This document shows, one piece after another, positions 39,664 to 53,319 of a DNA stretch of 64,000 nucleotides. Both the position numbers and the translations under genes were made by a program. The stretch's first letter is position 1, and every line of letters begins with the position of its first letter. The stretch lies in NCBI GenBank assembly GCA_053919585.1, contig CM132805.1; one strand, given 5' to 3'. A model generated the notes under the pieces. The model ran no database searches, had not been told where the DNA came from, and saw only the letters and a list, made by a program, of their open reading frames with translations. The DNA is from Euprymna scolopes (taxonomy: Eukaryota).

Positions 39664-40119
39664 TGAAATCCTAAATTGTTTTCGAATCACAATGGTGGCG
39701 CAGGATTCAAATGTTTTTTTAACTTCTAAAATCTGGGTCAAATATATTAACAGCATGTAAGCGAAATGCGTGTTTCTGTACGTGGTCATCATAAAAAACG
39801 TTGTGTAAAAGATGAATGAATGAATTTCTCGTTCGATTAGGTAATTTTCCATGATGAGAATTAAAATTATTGCACCTGTGTAAATAAAGTTCTTGAAAAA
39901 ATGTACTATATTTTGCGCATTTCACAGTAAGTAACGCTGCATTATATTTTAAAGGCTTAATAACTTACAGTTCTAATTGGAAGAAACTGATCACGACCAG
40001 AATTGCGAAAATATTATCTCGTATGTAACTTGAACCTGTCTTGTTTGAAATTTGTCTTTAGTACATAAATGAGTTTTTATCTTCCTTTTTTTGGTATGTA
40101 AAAATATTTTGGGTATTAT

Positions 40120-43100
40120 GCGGGGAACGTGGACCCTGCGTAAACAGGTTTTAATATAAGGGTCACTCCCTAGCATGTTCTTTCACTTTCTCCGTATATA
40201 TATGATACACTGTTTTTTTTAATTGCGCGTGTAATTATATTAATTTTTAAAACCTGTTTTACTTCTTTAATTAAATTTGATTCTTACTTTTTATTTTCTG
40301 CTGGTTTTATTTTAATTTATTTTAATTTTATTTTAAATTTATTTAATCACAAAAACTTTTGGAATGTACTATTTGAGGCAAAAATGGAGAGTAGATAATA
40401 CAGTCGATGTGTTATCGGCAGCTCCAGTAACTCTCGCTTCTCCTATTGTGTCATTCAGTCCTCATTCAATAGGTGATTTTTCTGACAAAAGGTGAAGAAA
40501 AAGCTGCTTAAAGGTGGGTAGTGCTTGGTGACCAGTAGCCTGAGATGTCGGAAATTTTTCTGTCTCTGTCTGTCCTTGTAGCCATGTCACTAGTAAGGGT
40601 GCTGGAGGTAAACGTTTTGTCTGGGCTGACGTTATCCGCCTGATAGTCAGGGACCCGAACCTTGGATTAACCACTAAGGAGGCTGTCCTATCAGCAGGCG
40701 CAAAGTACTGGGACTGCTGTATTGCCATTTGGTGAGTGGATCTGGACCATGCAGTAGTCTCTGGTAGGGCCTCTCGATGCCATACTAGTGGGTAATTGTT
40801 ACGGCTTTACCTTTTCGTGTGCTACAAAAAATCCCTGTCTCTTTCTCTCTTACTTTCACTCCCTGTACTGCTCTAACCAAGTATACCGACCTATTCCACA
40901 AATCCAAAAACCTCAACCTCAACATGAAATATCTCCAGAATAAAAACTCGATTAAACCTAGAACCCCATCTTCCAACGTAGACCCCTACTACCAGATCTT
41001 CTTCTTCAACATCAGGGGTCTACGTTCCAACGTTCCAGAGGTTGAAACCCAATTACAGGAGACGAAACCGGACATATTATTTCTAAGTGAAACTGAAATA
41101 GGGCTGACCACTTCCCTAGATGAGTTCATAATTAACAGATACTCAAATTAAACAGCTAAATCTGACCACCAAGTTCGCCATGGGCATGGAATATGTGCCT
41201 ACATTAAGGATGGCTTCCCGTGTGGCACGAAATATCTCTAGAGAAGATCCTAATTTACCCTATATGTACTTCAGGGTTGCACTTGCTAACCCCACTGCAT
41301 TTATATTTGCCCTCTATAGCCCCCACAACAGCGGAGTTACTATCTTTAAGAGCATATCTGAGAAAATAGACCACATACTGTCTTCACATCCCTCGGCTAA
41401 CATCCACATCTGTGGTGACTTCAACGTCTATAACGTGGAATGGCTGAACCATTCAAATAAGACAGATGATGAGGGGAGGTTTTGTCATGATTTTGCCATT
41501 GCTTATGACCTCACTCAGATTGTTTGCGAACCCACCCGTGTGCCCGATACACCCGGTCAATATGCAAGCCTCTTAGACCTTTTTCTCTCAACTTCCCCTG
41601 AGCTGTGTTCATGTTAAGTTCATTCTCCTCTAGGATCCTCCGACCACTCCGTCGTATCAGTTAAGATAAAAACGAAATGTAAGAAGCCCCCAGATGTACC
41701 CCTCCACCGTACTGTATACCGCTACTTTATGGCTGACTGGAATAGCTTCCGTACATTCATATCTGATTTACCTCTGCACTCCATGTTTAAAAAGGATGCG
41801 TCCTCTATACTATCAGATCTGACCGAATGGTTTATTGTAGGCATAGACCAATTCATACCATCTAAAAAATTCCAACAAAAACCTAACAGCCAGCCATGGT
41901 TCTCCCCAGAATGTGCTGCTGCTATCGCGCACAGAAATCACTTTTTCCATAGCTACCAATGTAATAGATGCACTGAGACTAAAGCTGCTTTTAGGTCTGC
42001 CAGCAACCACTGTAAAAGAGTAATAAAAAATGCAAGAGAGCTATATGCCCAGTCTGTTAAATCCAAGGTAGCTGAGCAGCGGCTAGGATCCCACCAGTTT
42101 TGGCAAATAACAAATAGGATCCTGAACAGAAGTGTGGATTTCTATGCCAACCATTATCAATGGACTAGAGGTCATCTCGTTAGCGTCAGACAAAGCCAAA
42201 CTTTGCAGCTAATTCTACCCTATGTGACGAAGGCCATCAACTCCCCATATTTCCTCCTATAACACAGAACAAGCTAGGTAACATACAAATATCCGTGCAT
42301 GAGCTCGCCAAGCTAAAACAGAACCTAGATTCCAGTAAAGCAACTGGCCCTGATAGCATGCCAATTATAGTGTTAAAAAAGCTTCAACCAGAACTTGCTC
42401 CCGTACTTAGGAAACTATTTAAGCGCTGCCTTAAGGAGAAGTGCTTTCCGAATCCCTGGAAGACCTCATCAGTTTGCCCTGTATTTAAGAATTGAGGTAA
42501 TAAGTCATCTCCCTCTCAATACAGACCTATAAGTCTCCTGTGTGTTATGAGTAAGTTGGTGGAATCCATATTAAATAGAGAAATAGTCAACCACCTCAGC
42601 AGGAATAACCTTCTTAGTGACACACAATATGGTTTCCGCTCTGCAAGATCTACCGCAGATGTGGTGACGGTTATATCCCACAGGATTAGTGAATCTCTTG
42701 GCAAAGGCTTCCTTTCTAGGGTAATTGCTCTTGGCATATCAAAGGCCTTCGACAAGGTATGGCATAAGGGTCTGCTTCACAAGATTTCCAGCTACGGTAT
42801 AACTGGAAATGTTTTCTCAATCATAAAATCATTTCTCTCCGATACCCGCATAAGAGTAGTGGTAGATGAAAAAAAATCGGAGGCCTGCAATATAAATGCT
42901 GGAGTCCCTCAGGGGTCAATCCTGGGCCCAACTCTCTTCCTGATCTACATCAATGACCTCCCTAAACACATACTTAAATCATTCGTTGACATCTATGCTG
43001 ATTACACGACCATCTACGGCAACACATCAAAGGCTGTAAATGACAAAGTTCTTTCTGATTCTCTCTCCTCTAATATCGAGCGCGTGGTTTAGTGGGGGAA

Positions 43101-44203
43101 GATGTGGCTGGTTACCTTTAATGCATCCAAATCCAAACTCCTATCCTTACATCATCAACGCTCTGATCCCCATCTGGCATCAATTGTCATGGATGGCTCT
43201 CGTCTGGGTGAGGCTCCGTGTTTTGACAAGCTTCTTGGTTTGACCTTTACTCCTGATCTGAAATGAAACACGTACATCAAGTCTGTTGCCAAGGTCGCTG
43301 TAAAGATGGTGGGATCCTTCTACCGCTCCAGAAGATATCTCACTACTGATGCAATTCTCTATCTATATAAAAGCCAAGTACGTCCAAGGATGGAATACTG
43401 TTGCCATATCTAGGCAGGAGCTGCTAAAAACAGCCTATCCTGCCTTGACAGAGTACAAAATAGACTTCGTGGCTTAGTGGGGGGATGCCCTTTTCTCTAC
43501 CCTGCAACCTCTCTCCCACAGAAGAGACGTTGCGATCCTGTCTTTGTTTTATCCGTATTTCCCTGGAAGGTGCTCGTCTGAACTCCAATCTCTGGTCCCC
43601 CCTTCGACAATCTTTCACGAAAAACACCCGTCTAGCTGAATCCACTGTGAAAAATTCCCCCCACTCTATATCTGAAAAACGCGGATTCCATGAACAAAGC
43701 TTCTTTCTTAGAACTGCACGCCTGTGGTACTCTGTTCCGTCTGCCTCCGGACTACAACTTTGATGTCTTCAAGTCCAATGTTAACAAATTCCTAATGAAC
43801 CGCCCCTTAAGTAAACACTTCAGCAAATCTCCTCACCAACGTAATGTACTTGCAATAACCCTTATCCCTGAGTGGCTTCCGGGCTTTGATAAGTGGTGAT
43901 CACTGTGTAAAAACAAAAAAAAAAAACTCATTTTTTGAATATGTATTAAAATCTAAATGTAACAAAAATACAATTATTTAGCTGGAAATTTTTTTAATTA
44001 AAATGGAAATGAAATAAAACAAAAACAAGCACTGCATAAAAGTAGGAATCAAATTTAATTAAAGAAATAAAAACGGTTAAAAAATAACATAAAATACGCA
44101 CTCGATTAAAAAAAAGTGTATGAAATGTATACGAAGAAAATGAAAGAAACCTCAGGGAGAAGCCTTTAAAGTAGAACCTGTTTACGCAGCGTCCACGTTC
44201 CCG
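40120..44203. mobile_element. Palindromic MITE/foldback element split by LINE copy B
   Basis: 40120-40290 (CGGGGAACGTGGACCCTGCGTAAACAGGTT...AATTAAATTTGATTCTTACTTTT) is the reverse complement of ~44038-44203. Confidence 0.8.
40384..43926 (+). mobile_element. Full-length decayed CR1-group LINE (APE-RT), copy B
   Basis: ORF start at ~40924. APE motifs NIRGLRSN, LSET, GDFN and SDH; RT motifs GVPQGSILGPTLFLIYINDL and YAD; poly-A tail at 43909-43926. Confidence 0.95.
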
Positions 44204-46273
44204 TGAAGCGCCATATTTTGTTAAGTAAAGATTTTAATTTGGAAGTAATACTTTAAAACCAACAAATGCTCATATTGTTGTCACGCCTTATGGTACACAT
44301 TTTGTATGACCACAACGAAATCGAAGCGGAATTCAGGAAAAGTTTCAGATTCAATATAGACCATGCATATATTACATTAGAAGGACCCCACCCCCAATTT
44401 TGATCGGTTCGTTAGAAAATTATAAATTGTTTCGTAAAGATGAGAATATGATAGTCAATGAGATTATATTAAGAACCGATAGAGTAGTATTTTTTTAAAC
44501 ATTATTTTCAATTAATCCTTATTTTATTGTTCGTGAATGCATAGAAAGCATGTAATGCAATAGTTATTTTTATACAATTTTATGAAATTTCAACCCTGAA
44601 GTAAGAAAATGCGCTGATGAAAAGAAAAAGAAACTAGATTTGTTTTGTTTTTTTAGAAAGTAACCAGTTAGTAGCGACAAATTTTATTTCATACAGAAAA
44701 ATGGTAATTCCTGATCATCTGAAAATACGTTTATACTGTCTTATATTAATCTTAAAAGATAAGAATACAATAAAACTGTTACATTAGCGTGCTGCATAAA
44801 GCGAATATTTCAGTTTTAAATGCCAAAAAAATGGAATAGCCTTTAAAAGGAATTATATTAAAGTCGTCATGAATTTATTTTCTGTATAGTTTAGGAGATG
44901 CTGGTGTATTTCCTGACAACTTTGGTTTCTGTGGGCGGCAGATTTATCCATGGCACTTTCATACATCATAGTCTATGGTTCTTAGTTGTTCTTTATATAA
45001 CGTAGAAGTAAAGGTCAATTTATAATTGACTTCCTCCAGGCTATTAAGGTACATGGTTTAATTTTCTTTTACGGCTAGCCCTATTACGAATTAAATAGAG
45101 TAATTTCCTTCAGATTTGGCCAGTTGTCATTTCATCAGCGTCTTGTTCTCCCAAAAGGTCTTTAAGAACTCCCATGTTAAAATCTTACTTAATAGTCATT
45201 TATTAAATGATTTCTGTGATATCCTCGAGAGTAATTCCTTTAATATCATTGAAAAGATGTTTCCATCGCATTTTTTTTAATTTTATCGAAACATCCATTA
45301 TTGGATAAAATCGTTTTTTTTTTCTTTTTTTTTTTTTTTTTGAAGGGAAGAGGAATCGTTTTTTTTCTATTGTTTCCCGCTATTTAGAGGTTTAAACTAA
45401 GTTTTTAATGCCACTTTTTGTTTTATCTCAGATTTTTTCCTGTGAAATGATTTTGAGCATGCTTTTTTATTTGGAAATTTGTTAGAATTATTTTTTGTTG
45501 TTAGATATTTCTAACTCTTTTTATTTATAGAAAAGAACAATCTTCTGTAGCGGAACAAATTTCCGTTTTATGGATCAAGGCTATGAAAGATCAACGTTAT
45601 TGCCTTCCAGAACTAATTATATTCAATTATAATTATAAATACACTAAAAGGTAGTACTTATGTCAGATTGAAGTTTGATAGTTTCCGAAAGGGTTGTTCT
45701 GGAGATGTTCTTATTAGAAAAAAATTAGGTAACCTAGGTGAGGAGAAGTGTTTTAATTCCTATCAGTAAATTTATTTTAAGTTCCTCTCGTCCTTTAATA
45801 CATTCTTTTCGATCTCGTCTTGTTCTTCCAGTAAATTATTTTTTTTTAAACTCTGGTTCTTTTTTGTGTCCTAATATTGCCTCTCCTCATGTAATTGTGC
45901 GTCACGTGCTAATGTCATTTATGCAAATTGTATGAACAGTATTGTTACCAAATGAAAATTCCTAATATTTGAGACGAAGTATAGATATAAGAAATTTGAT
46001 TCTAACATTGTAAATTAGAATTTAAAACATTTATTATTCGACAAAGAATAAAAATGAGGTAAAAAAAATATTGGAGTTTCTAAAAATTGTCCTCATCCTC
46101 ATTGTAAAATATACTTGAAGTTTTCAATTTATGTTCTAATCTGCAAAATTATAGCTTGTCTATAAATATTGCTTGATAACATTTTTCTCTGATATTACAT
46201 CATTGTTTGAAGCTCCACGTAATAAAAAATATTTTTTCAGCATTTATTCCTTGTTGAATAATAAAGGTTGAAA

Positions 46274-46326
<53 letters not shown>

Positions 46327-46619
46327 GATAATCATGGCAATCGTGTTCACTAGGCTTCCATTTTTCTCTTCCCAACTGTCTTTACACACACACTCTATAT
46401 TATTATATTACCCCTCTCTCCTTACTACTTTCCCCAACTTTAAACTACCTTTTAAACTCGCTCTTTTAACCCTCCACTTCTCTTAACAGAAACCAGATTT
46501 TCAAAATCAACTTAAACCCATAAGAACTGTAATTTTTGCCCATCGCCACGTATGGCAAATTTTCTCTCCTCAAAATTTGAAAAGGACTTTAACCTTTTTA
46601 GTTTTTGTACTTTAATTTT

Positions 46620-46672
46620 TCTTTCCTGATGATATCTAATATGATTAAAACGGTCTGCACATCGTAGCAAGA
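46620..46672 (+). ncRNA. Degenerate Penelope-type hammerhead
   Basis: CTTTC-CTGATGA-t-ATC taatat GAT-taaaa-CGGT ctgcac ATCG-TA-GCAAG; the GAAA is mutated. Confidence 0.4.
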
Positions 46673-46796
46673 TATTACTGTATTTACAGAAAAATCAAAA
46701 AAAAAAACCATAATTTGCTCTCTTAGGATTGAGTATTATAAAGGACTCTTGTTGAAATTCAATTATTTTCATATTTTGGATATATTCCCACCGGAC

Positions 46797-46864
<68 letters not shown>

Positions 46865-46917
46865 TAAATATAAATATTAATAAATAACTTTAATGAAATT
46901 GCAATAACACATCGAGG

Positions 46918-46968
<51 letters not shown>

Positions 46969-47930
46969 CAGGTGGGAACGTGTGCACGTGTGTGTGTAAT
47001 TGTTGTATATATCGGTTTCCTAGTTGTAAATCTAATGAAACCCGTGTGATTATGATAGAGTGTTCAATAAGCACCGTAACCAATTATTAAATGTGAAAGT
47101 AGAATCAGCGAGAAACTGAAAACACTTTGGAGTTTATGCTTTAAATAAGATGTAAAAAAGCGAATAGCAATCCCCTCATAGTTGTAATACTACAATTTAT
47201 AAACCCTCACTTTCAATATATTGATTAATTAATAAATGAACCAAAGAAGGGGTTGAAATGATACAAAGTAGAGCCGATACACCACGATTTACTAACCACG
47301 TTTATTTAAAACAACATAACTCTTATATATTAGTATATTCATCGAAAAGGGTCGAAGAATAGGCTAGCATAAGTAACTTTGCTAAATTAAAGAAACCGCC
47401 ATTACTTTGTTTCTCCTCAACACAATCTCAAACGCTTAACTAAACGACCAGAAACAACATATGCGCCGAACCATATAAAGGTGAGTGCCACCAACTGGAT
47501 AGAAATGATGGCATGCGAGGAGCATTACCGTAAAACAGCGTTGCATAATAAACGGAACTGCATAATTGATCCACAACGATAACTAAGTATTCTTACAAGA
47601 GGGCCTTGGGAATGAAATACCCAACCAAGTTAGACAAATATATATAATTATGTATATGTGTGCATACATATTTAAGGGAAAACCTATCTCTATAATCAAG
47701 CATATAGACCAATAAAATATATTTATACTGTAGCATTGAGGAAAAAGATAAGCAATCCCAACGAAGAGAATGACAGCCTTCGAAATCAAGTTTATATATA
47801 AATATGGAAGCCTTTGTCTGTGTAATTAGTTCATACTTTGCAATAGAGTGGAATATATAACTCCCAGTATACCACCTTTATGTAAATCATATAAATAAGC
47901 CTGTATATTTGTTCACTAACTGTTAATTTG

Positions 47931-47983
<53 letters not shown>

Positions 47984-48238
47984 CTATAAAGTTTTATATC
48001 GTCATATTTTCTGTCTTTATGGATATACAGGGTGAACAAAAAAACAAAACAAAAGCTAAATGGAGGCCGTCTAGAACATATGCTGTAGAACGGAGAAAAA
48101 AAAATGTAAAATGCCCTAGTGTTTTGATATGATGCTTTGAATATAATAAACTAGTGATGACCAAAAGTTTAATTTCATTCGGACAAAGCACTAAGAAATG
48201 GGTCCTAATAAAAGCTGGGGCCAGTTTTTGGGGGTCAC

Positions 48239-48317
<79 letters not shown>

Positions 48318-48378
48318 GGGATGCGTGTGTTTGTGTGTTTATCCATAAAGATAGAAATGGCGATATAAAAATATACAG

Positions 48379-48440
<62 letters not shown>

Positions 48441-48742
48441 CTGTATGGATTTTATTGACTTCAAATGCAACACACCGCAATAATATGTGATATAGATAAT
48501 GTGAATAAGGAATATTCTAAATCCAATGTTAATGCACATAAAATGTACAATTCGGCATGTTTGTTTAGTCAAGCATATATGGAGTAGAAAAGTACAGATT
48601 AGTTTACGTAGAGCGGTTGCCACTCAAGCACACGCCCCGGTGTTTTTTTTTTTCATTAAATTGTTCTAAAGCAAACACACCAATGCAAGACTACAGTGGT
48701 AGAATAGAAACCGAAATTTATTATATAGTTTCGAATAAATAA

Positions 48743-48796
<54 letters not shown>

Positions 48797-48954
48797 CATA
48801 AAATAGGTATAATCAATAAATATAAGAAATTTAACTTATTATTTTGTAACACGCCCAAATATTCACTTTTTCAAGTGACTTTTATTGTGTCGCAAAACAA
48901 TATTATTTTTATTGTGGCCATTATGAATATTTTTCGCTTACTAAAAAAAATTAT

Positions 48955-49081
48955 ATGAACTTCTTTACGGACTTCTTTACGAACTTCTTTATGAACTTCT
49001 TTACGAACTTCTTTACGAACTTCTTTATGTACTTCTTTACGAACTTCTTTATGATCTTCTTTACGAACTTCTTCATGAACT
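48955..49081. repeat. 12-bp minisatellite (ACGAACTTCTTT / ATGAACTTCTTT) x ~10
   Basis: Direct reading. Confidence 0.95.
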
Positions 49082-49541
49082 GCAACATTTGAGATATAAA
49101 CGATCTGTAATATAATATTTGAATATCTATACATTTCATACAGAGATCACATTTTTGCCCCACAATGGGACCTCTTGATTTTTCTGAACTTCAACAGAAG
49201 TAAACTGAAATAAATATACTGCCACTTGTCTGCTTTGAGAGATCACGGATAATTGTAGCTGCGTGTGTAATTGTGAAGCAAGAGTTGCACAATCTACAAC
49301 CACACTTCTAAAATCTCACTCTCTCACTCACTCATTTATTCTCCATCTATATCGAACACGTAAAATTACTTGAATTCATGATGAGTAATTTTTATTTATA
49401 TTATTTTTTTTTACTTATTTACTTATTTATTTCCGGACTGTTATCCTCACAACTATTTTCGAGTGTCAGCGAGGAGTCCAGGATGATCATGCAGAATTTA
49501 AACACACACACACACACATACACCCACACACACACACACAC

Positions 49542-49581
<40 letters not shown>

Positions 49582-51094
49582 CTGTATTGTAGATATATAT
49601 ATTGCGCAAAACGAGCATCAATATTTTTATTAAGCCTGAGTATGAAATATTCATATACAGATAGATCTTTCTGATGAATATTGGTGGTACTTTGTAGATC
49701 ATGCCAATTCTGTAAGTAGTCTGTAAACATATAATCGTTTGGTTAATAGTTTGATTAGTTTCATTGGTCACATTGGAGGGCATGCATGTTATGATCGACA
49801 TCTGTTATTACTCTCATTCAGGTGTGATCGTACGTGACAGGAATCGTGGCTGAACAAACATAAATTACTTGTTCGAGGAAAACCAGTGTTAAACACAATG
49901 CATAATTCATATCGTGTTTTATGTTGGTCTGAGATATTACTGTTCACTAACTTATTTACTATTATTTTTATACGAATCGTTCGTTTTCCATAACAATTCT
50001 AAACATAGTTGATAGTTTCAGGCTCAAAAATATATATTGTGGTCCCTAAAAGCTATAAGATATTACCAAACGACGTGTACTTAGTTTCAGTAATCATTCA
50101 AATTTTAATTTAAAATGCATGAGAGCATATCGAGATTGTAAACAATCAATTCTTCGTAAGTATTTTGACGTCTACTTTGAAAATTACTTATCTTCAATAA
50201 ATTTATATCTTAAAATATCCAAAGTTGATAGGCATTTGTAGCCACCAGTTTTGTAAGATATGCAATTGAGTCGCAGTTTTTAGTCTGAATGGCAAAGAAG
50301 AAATCAATAAATACACGTTTTACATAAAGTTTCCTAACATTGGCTTCACATAATAAATCACAGAATTACATACGCTGTTCATAATTTATATATAAAATTA
50401 AAATAGTAAATGTGTGTATGTGTGTTGCAATGTGAGAGGACAAATGTTGATTAAACTGGTAATTTTGTGTTTTTCATGCATTACCAATCGTAAAATGTGA
50501 TTTACAGTACATAAACTATAATTTATGGTCACACAACACATAAATGTAAATAAATTTATAATAAAACACCGAGGACGGCATCTAAATAGTAAACACATTA
50601 TTTAGATGGATGAATAACGCGTAAATAAATATTTCAGCAAATTTAAATACAAATTGGTCAAATTTGTCATTTCGATTTGCCGATATATTTCTATTACTTT
50701 TGCGCATGCGACAATTCACTAGTAGGCTGAAGTGATTTAATTTTAAATCTTTCTGGCCTGTCTGCTTATAGCTAAAACATACATACGGATAGTGAATATT
50801 ACATAGTAAGGAAGTTTTGTTTCGACCTTAGCTGATGGCACCGACATAATTTATAAAAAAATCTTTGAAAATTAGTATCATATTTTGGGTACAATTTAAT
50901 ATTAAAAACAGAACTGGATCTGTAATAATAAATACCAAATAGTCATGACTTAAAATATAGTCTAGCATATTTTACGACCAGGTAAGGTCAGGCGATCTTC
51001 TACCATCTGCTAGTTCTAAGTAAAGTTTAAAACACTAAATAAGAAATTGAAAATAATGAAGGTTATTTTTTTTAATATTTTTGCTTTATTTCTA

Positions 51095-51604
51095 TGATAG
51101 GGTTCCAAAAGTAATGTATTCCATATTTTATTCCCTTCAAATCGCTTAGAATAGATAGCAAATTGCATTGCTATTATGACGGAACTTATTCTTTCATCTC
51201 TCTGTTTCAATAATAAACAACATTAGAAATTAACAAAGCATATTTTCCATAGACGTGCGTCGGAAGCAGAGATGAATTATTGAATTCCTCCATGCCGAAA
51301 AAATATTGAACCTGTAAGCATTCACCATCGCCTGTTGAACATTTCCGAAGCCGGTGCAGTTGATGTCACAACAGCTAGGAGATAGGTACGTAAATTTCAA
51401 ATGATGATAAAAATGTGACACAATGGGTTTCGAACGCCCACACATAACCAGAACCATTCTCGATGGCAAAAGTGCTGACCGTATGGAAATCAATTCTGGA
51501 TCACAAAAGGTCGCCTGATTTTGTAGTACTGCCCATGTCTTCGTAGATCTTCAACATTCTTTTTGTTAAAAGTTTGGATAAATTACTTTATAAACGACCT
51601 TAGT
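51095..51604 (+). mobile_element. Internally deleted mariner element
   Basis: N-terminal transposase remnant DVRRKQR*IIEFLHAEK..IHHRLLN..VDV..RR*V.KF. TIR-like ends (..AAAAGTAATG / ..ATTACTTTATAAACGACCTTAGTA). Confidence 0.7.
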
Positions 51605-52647
51605 ATATACAAAAATTGCTGTTGTTTAAGAATAAAAAAGGAAACCTAGTTTATATGTAAACTACTTTCTGTTAATGATACTAGTAAATAGTCTATTTCT
51701 AATAAAAAGTAATTTAGCCTCTAAACACTTTCCTGCTTAAATAATGTAGAAAAAAATATGCTCAGAGAGTTATAGAAAAAAAAGTGCGAATTCTGCTATG
51801 TACCGACGATGCTTGTAACATTTGAAGCAGTAATAAAGGAATATTCTTGCTCCCATCAAAGAGTTACACTGATATATCAGGACATGTCTATAAAATAAAA
51901 TGTAAATGTTACGAAAACGACTTATCTGGTCAAACTGCTAATTTCCTGGGAACTGATATCAAAATGATTTTTTTTTAAATCTATATGAATAAAACACATG
52001 TTGTATGTGTACCTGTAAACTGGTCACATAACACTAGAATTACGGGAAATTGTAATTATATATAAACTATGTTTATGACGAGAAAAATCTTTGTTTAGAT
52101 TGATGAATAACCCGTACAGACGTATAATGGCAAGTGTAAATGCCAATCTTGTTTTTACTACTTTCTGCGCATGCTCACATATGCAAAGTAGTTGTAGAAT
52201 TAATAATTCCAAGATAGTAAAATAATCAACAAAGAAAGTATTAATTAAAGAATCAAATGACACCTTCATTATTTTCTTAATAAATTAAACATAATTTTCT
52301 AAGGTTTAAATTTATTTTAATTAATCAGAAATACATATTTATGTGTTACATATGATTCAAGACGTTTCATTTACGTTCTCATTTTCTAAAACAGTAATAA
52401 AATATTTTAAACATCAACTATCGCTATCTCGACTTATATCCACCTGGGAACAAGAAAGGTCGCTGACTCATACATCTAGTAGGTGTGTCACTCCCGCTAA
52501 AAAATATACCAGGAATCGGCGACCAACCGTTTAGGACACACACTAATATCTATATTTTCTTTTTCTAAAAATTTGAAAATATTTTTCTCGAAATTATTAA
52601 AAGGGAGAAGAGTGTAAAGGCAAAACTACGCGTTTAACTGTTCAACA

Positions 52648-52718
<71 letters not shown>

Positions 52719-52789
52719 TTAACGCAGATAAACTACAATATTTGACAAATATAAATAAAATATGTTTATTCATTCATTTATTGCGGACC

Positions 52790-53310
52790 TGTATCCTTTT
52801 AGTTGTTATTTCACGATGTTTCGGCCAGCTATTCCTCTAGTCTTTGCCAGGTGGTAAACTCTAAGGAATAGAAACTCCGAACCTCCTTACTGCATTCTAA
52901 AAAATTACTGCGTTCCATAGTTTCGTCTCACCAGATTTTTTGCCAACTAAGCCTCTAGCTGGCTTAGGATAGGATTGAAACCTATGACAATGCTCAGCTG
53001 GAACCGTGAATCTGTAAAAGTGTTTATGTGGTGTCGTATTTCTGGTGTTTATATTAAATTTGAACTGGTAATAAAAATGGGTGTATGTGTAGGTGATAAT
53101 AAGCTTTAATGGAAATAATAGAATAATTAACTTAAAAAAAAAAATAAAAATAATTAACATTTATTTCTGATTGGTCTAGAAAAAAAATAAAGAAAAAAGA
53201 AACGAACAAAAAGAATAATTAAACTTTTTTTCTGATTGGTCTAAATACTTTTGGTTATTTGAAGCCGCCATAAAGAAAAATATAAAAACTGCCATCTGGT
53301 AGCATAGAAA
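52790..53310 (-). mobile_element. Penelope-associated repeat with degenerate hammerhead
   Basis: Reverse complement CCAC-CTGGCAA-A-GACTAG aggaatag CTGGCC-GAAAC-ATCGTG at 52812-52855; core mutated. Confidence 0.45.
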
Positions 53311-53319
53311 AAAAGAAAG

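Noticed and set aside
44860-45930. Possible decayed LINE on the minus strand
   Set aside because: No motif could be read convincingly by eye.
50701-52175. NRF1-like TGCGCATGC motifs as a promoter
   Set aside because: Isolated motifs with no CpG-rich context or linked exon.
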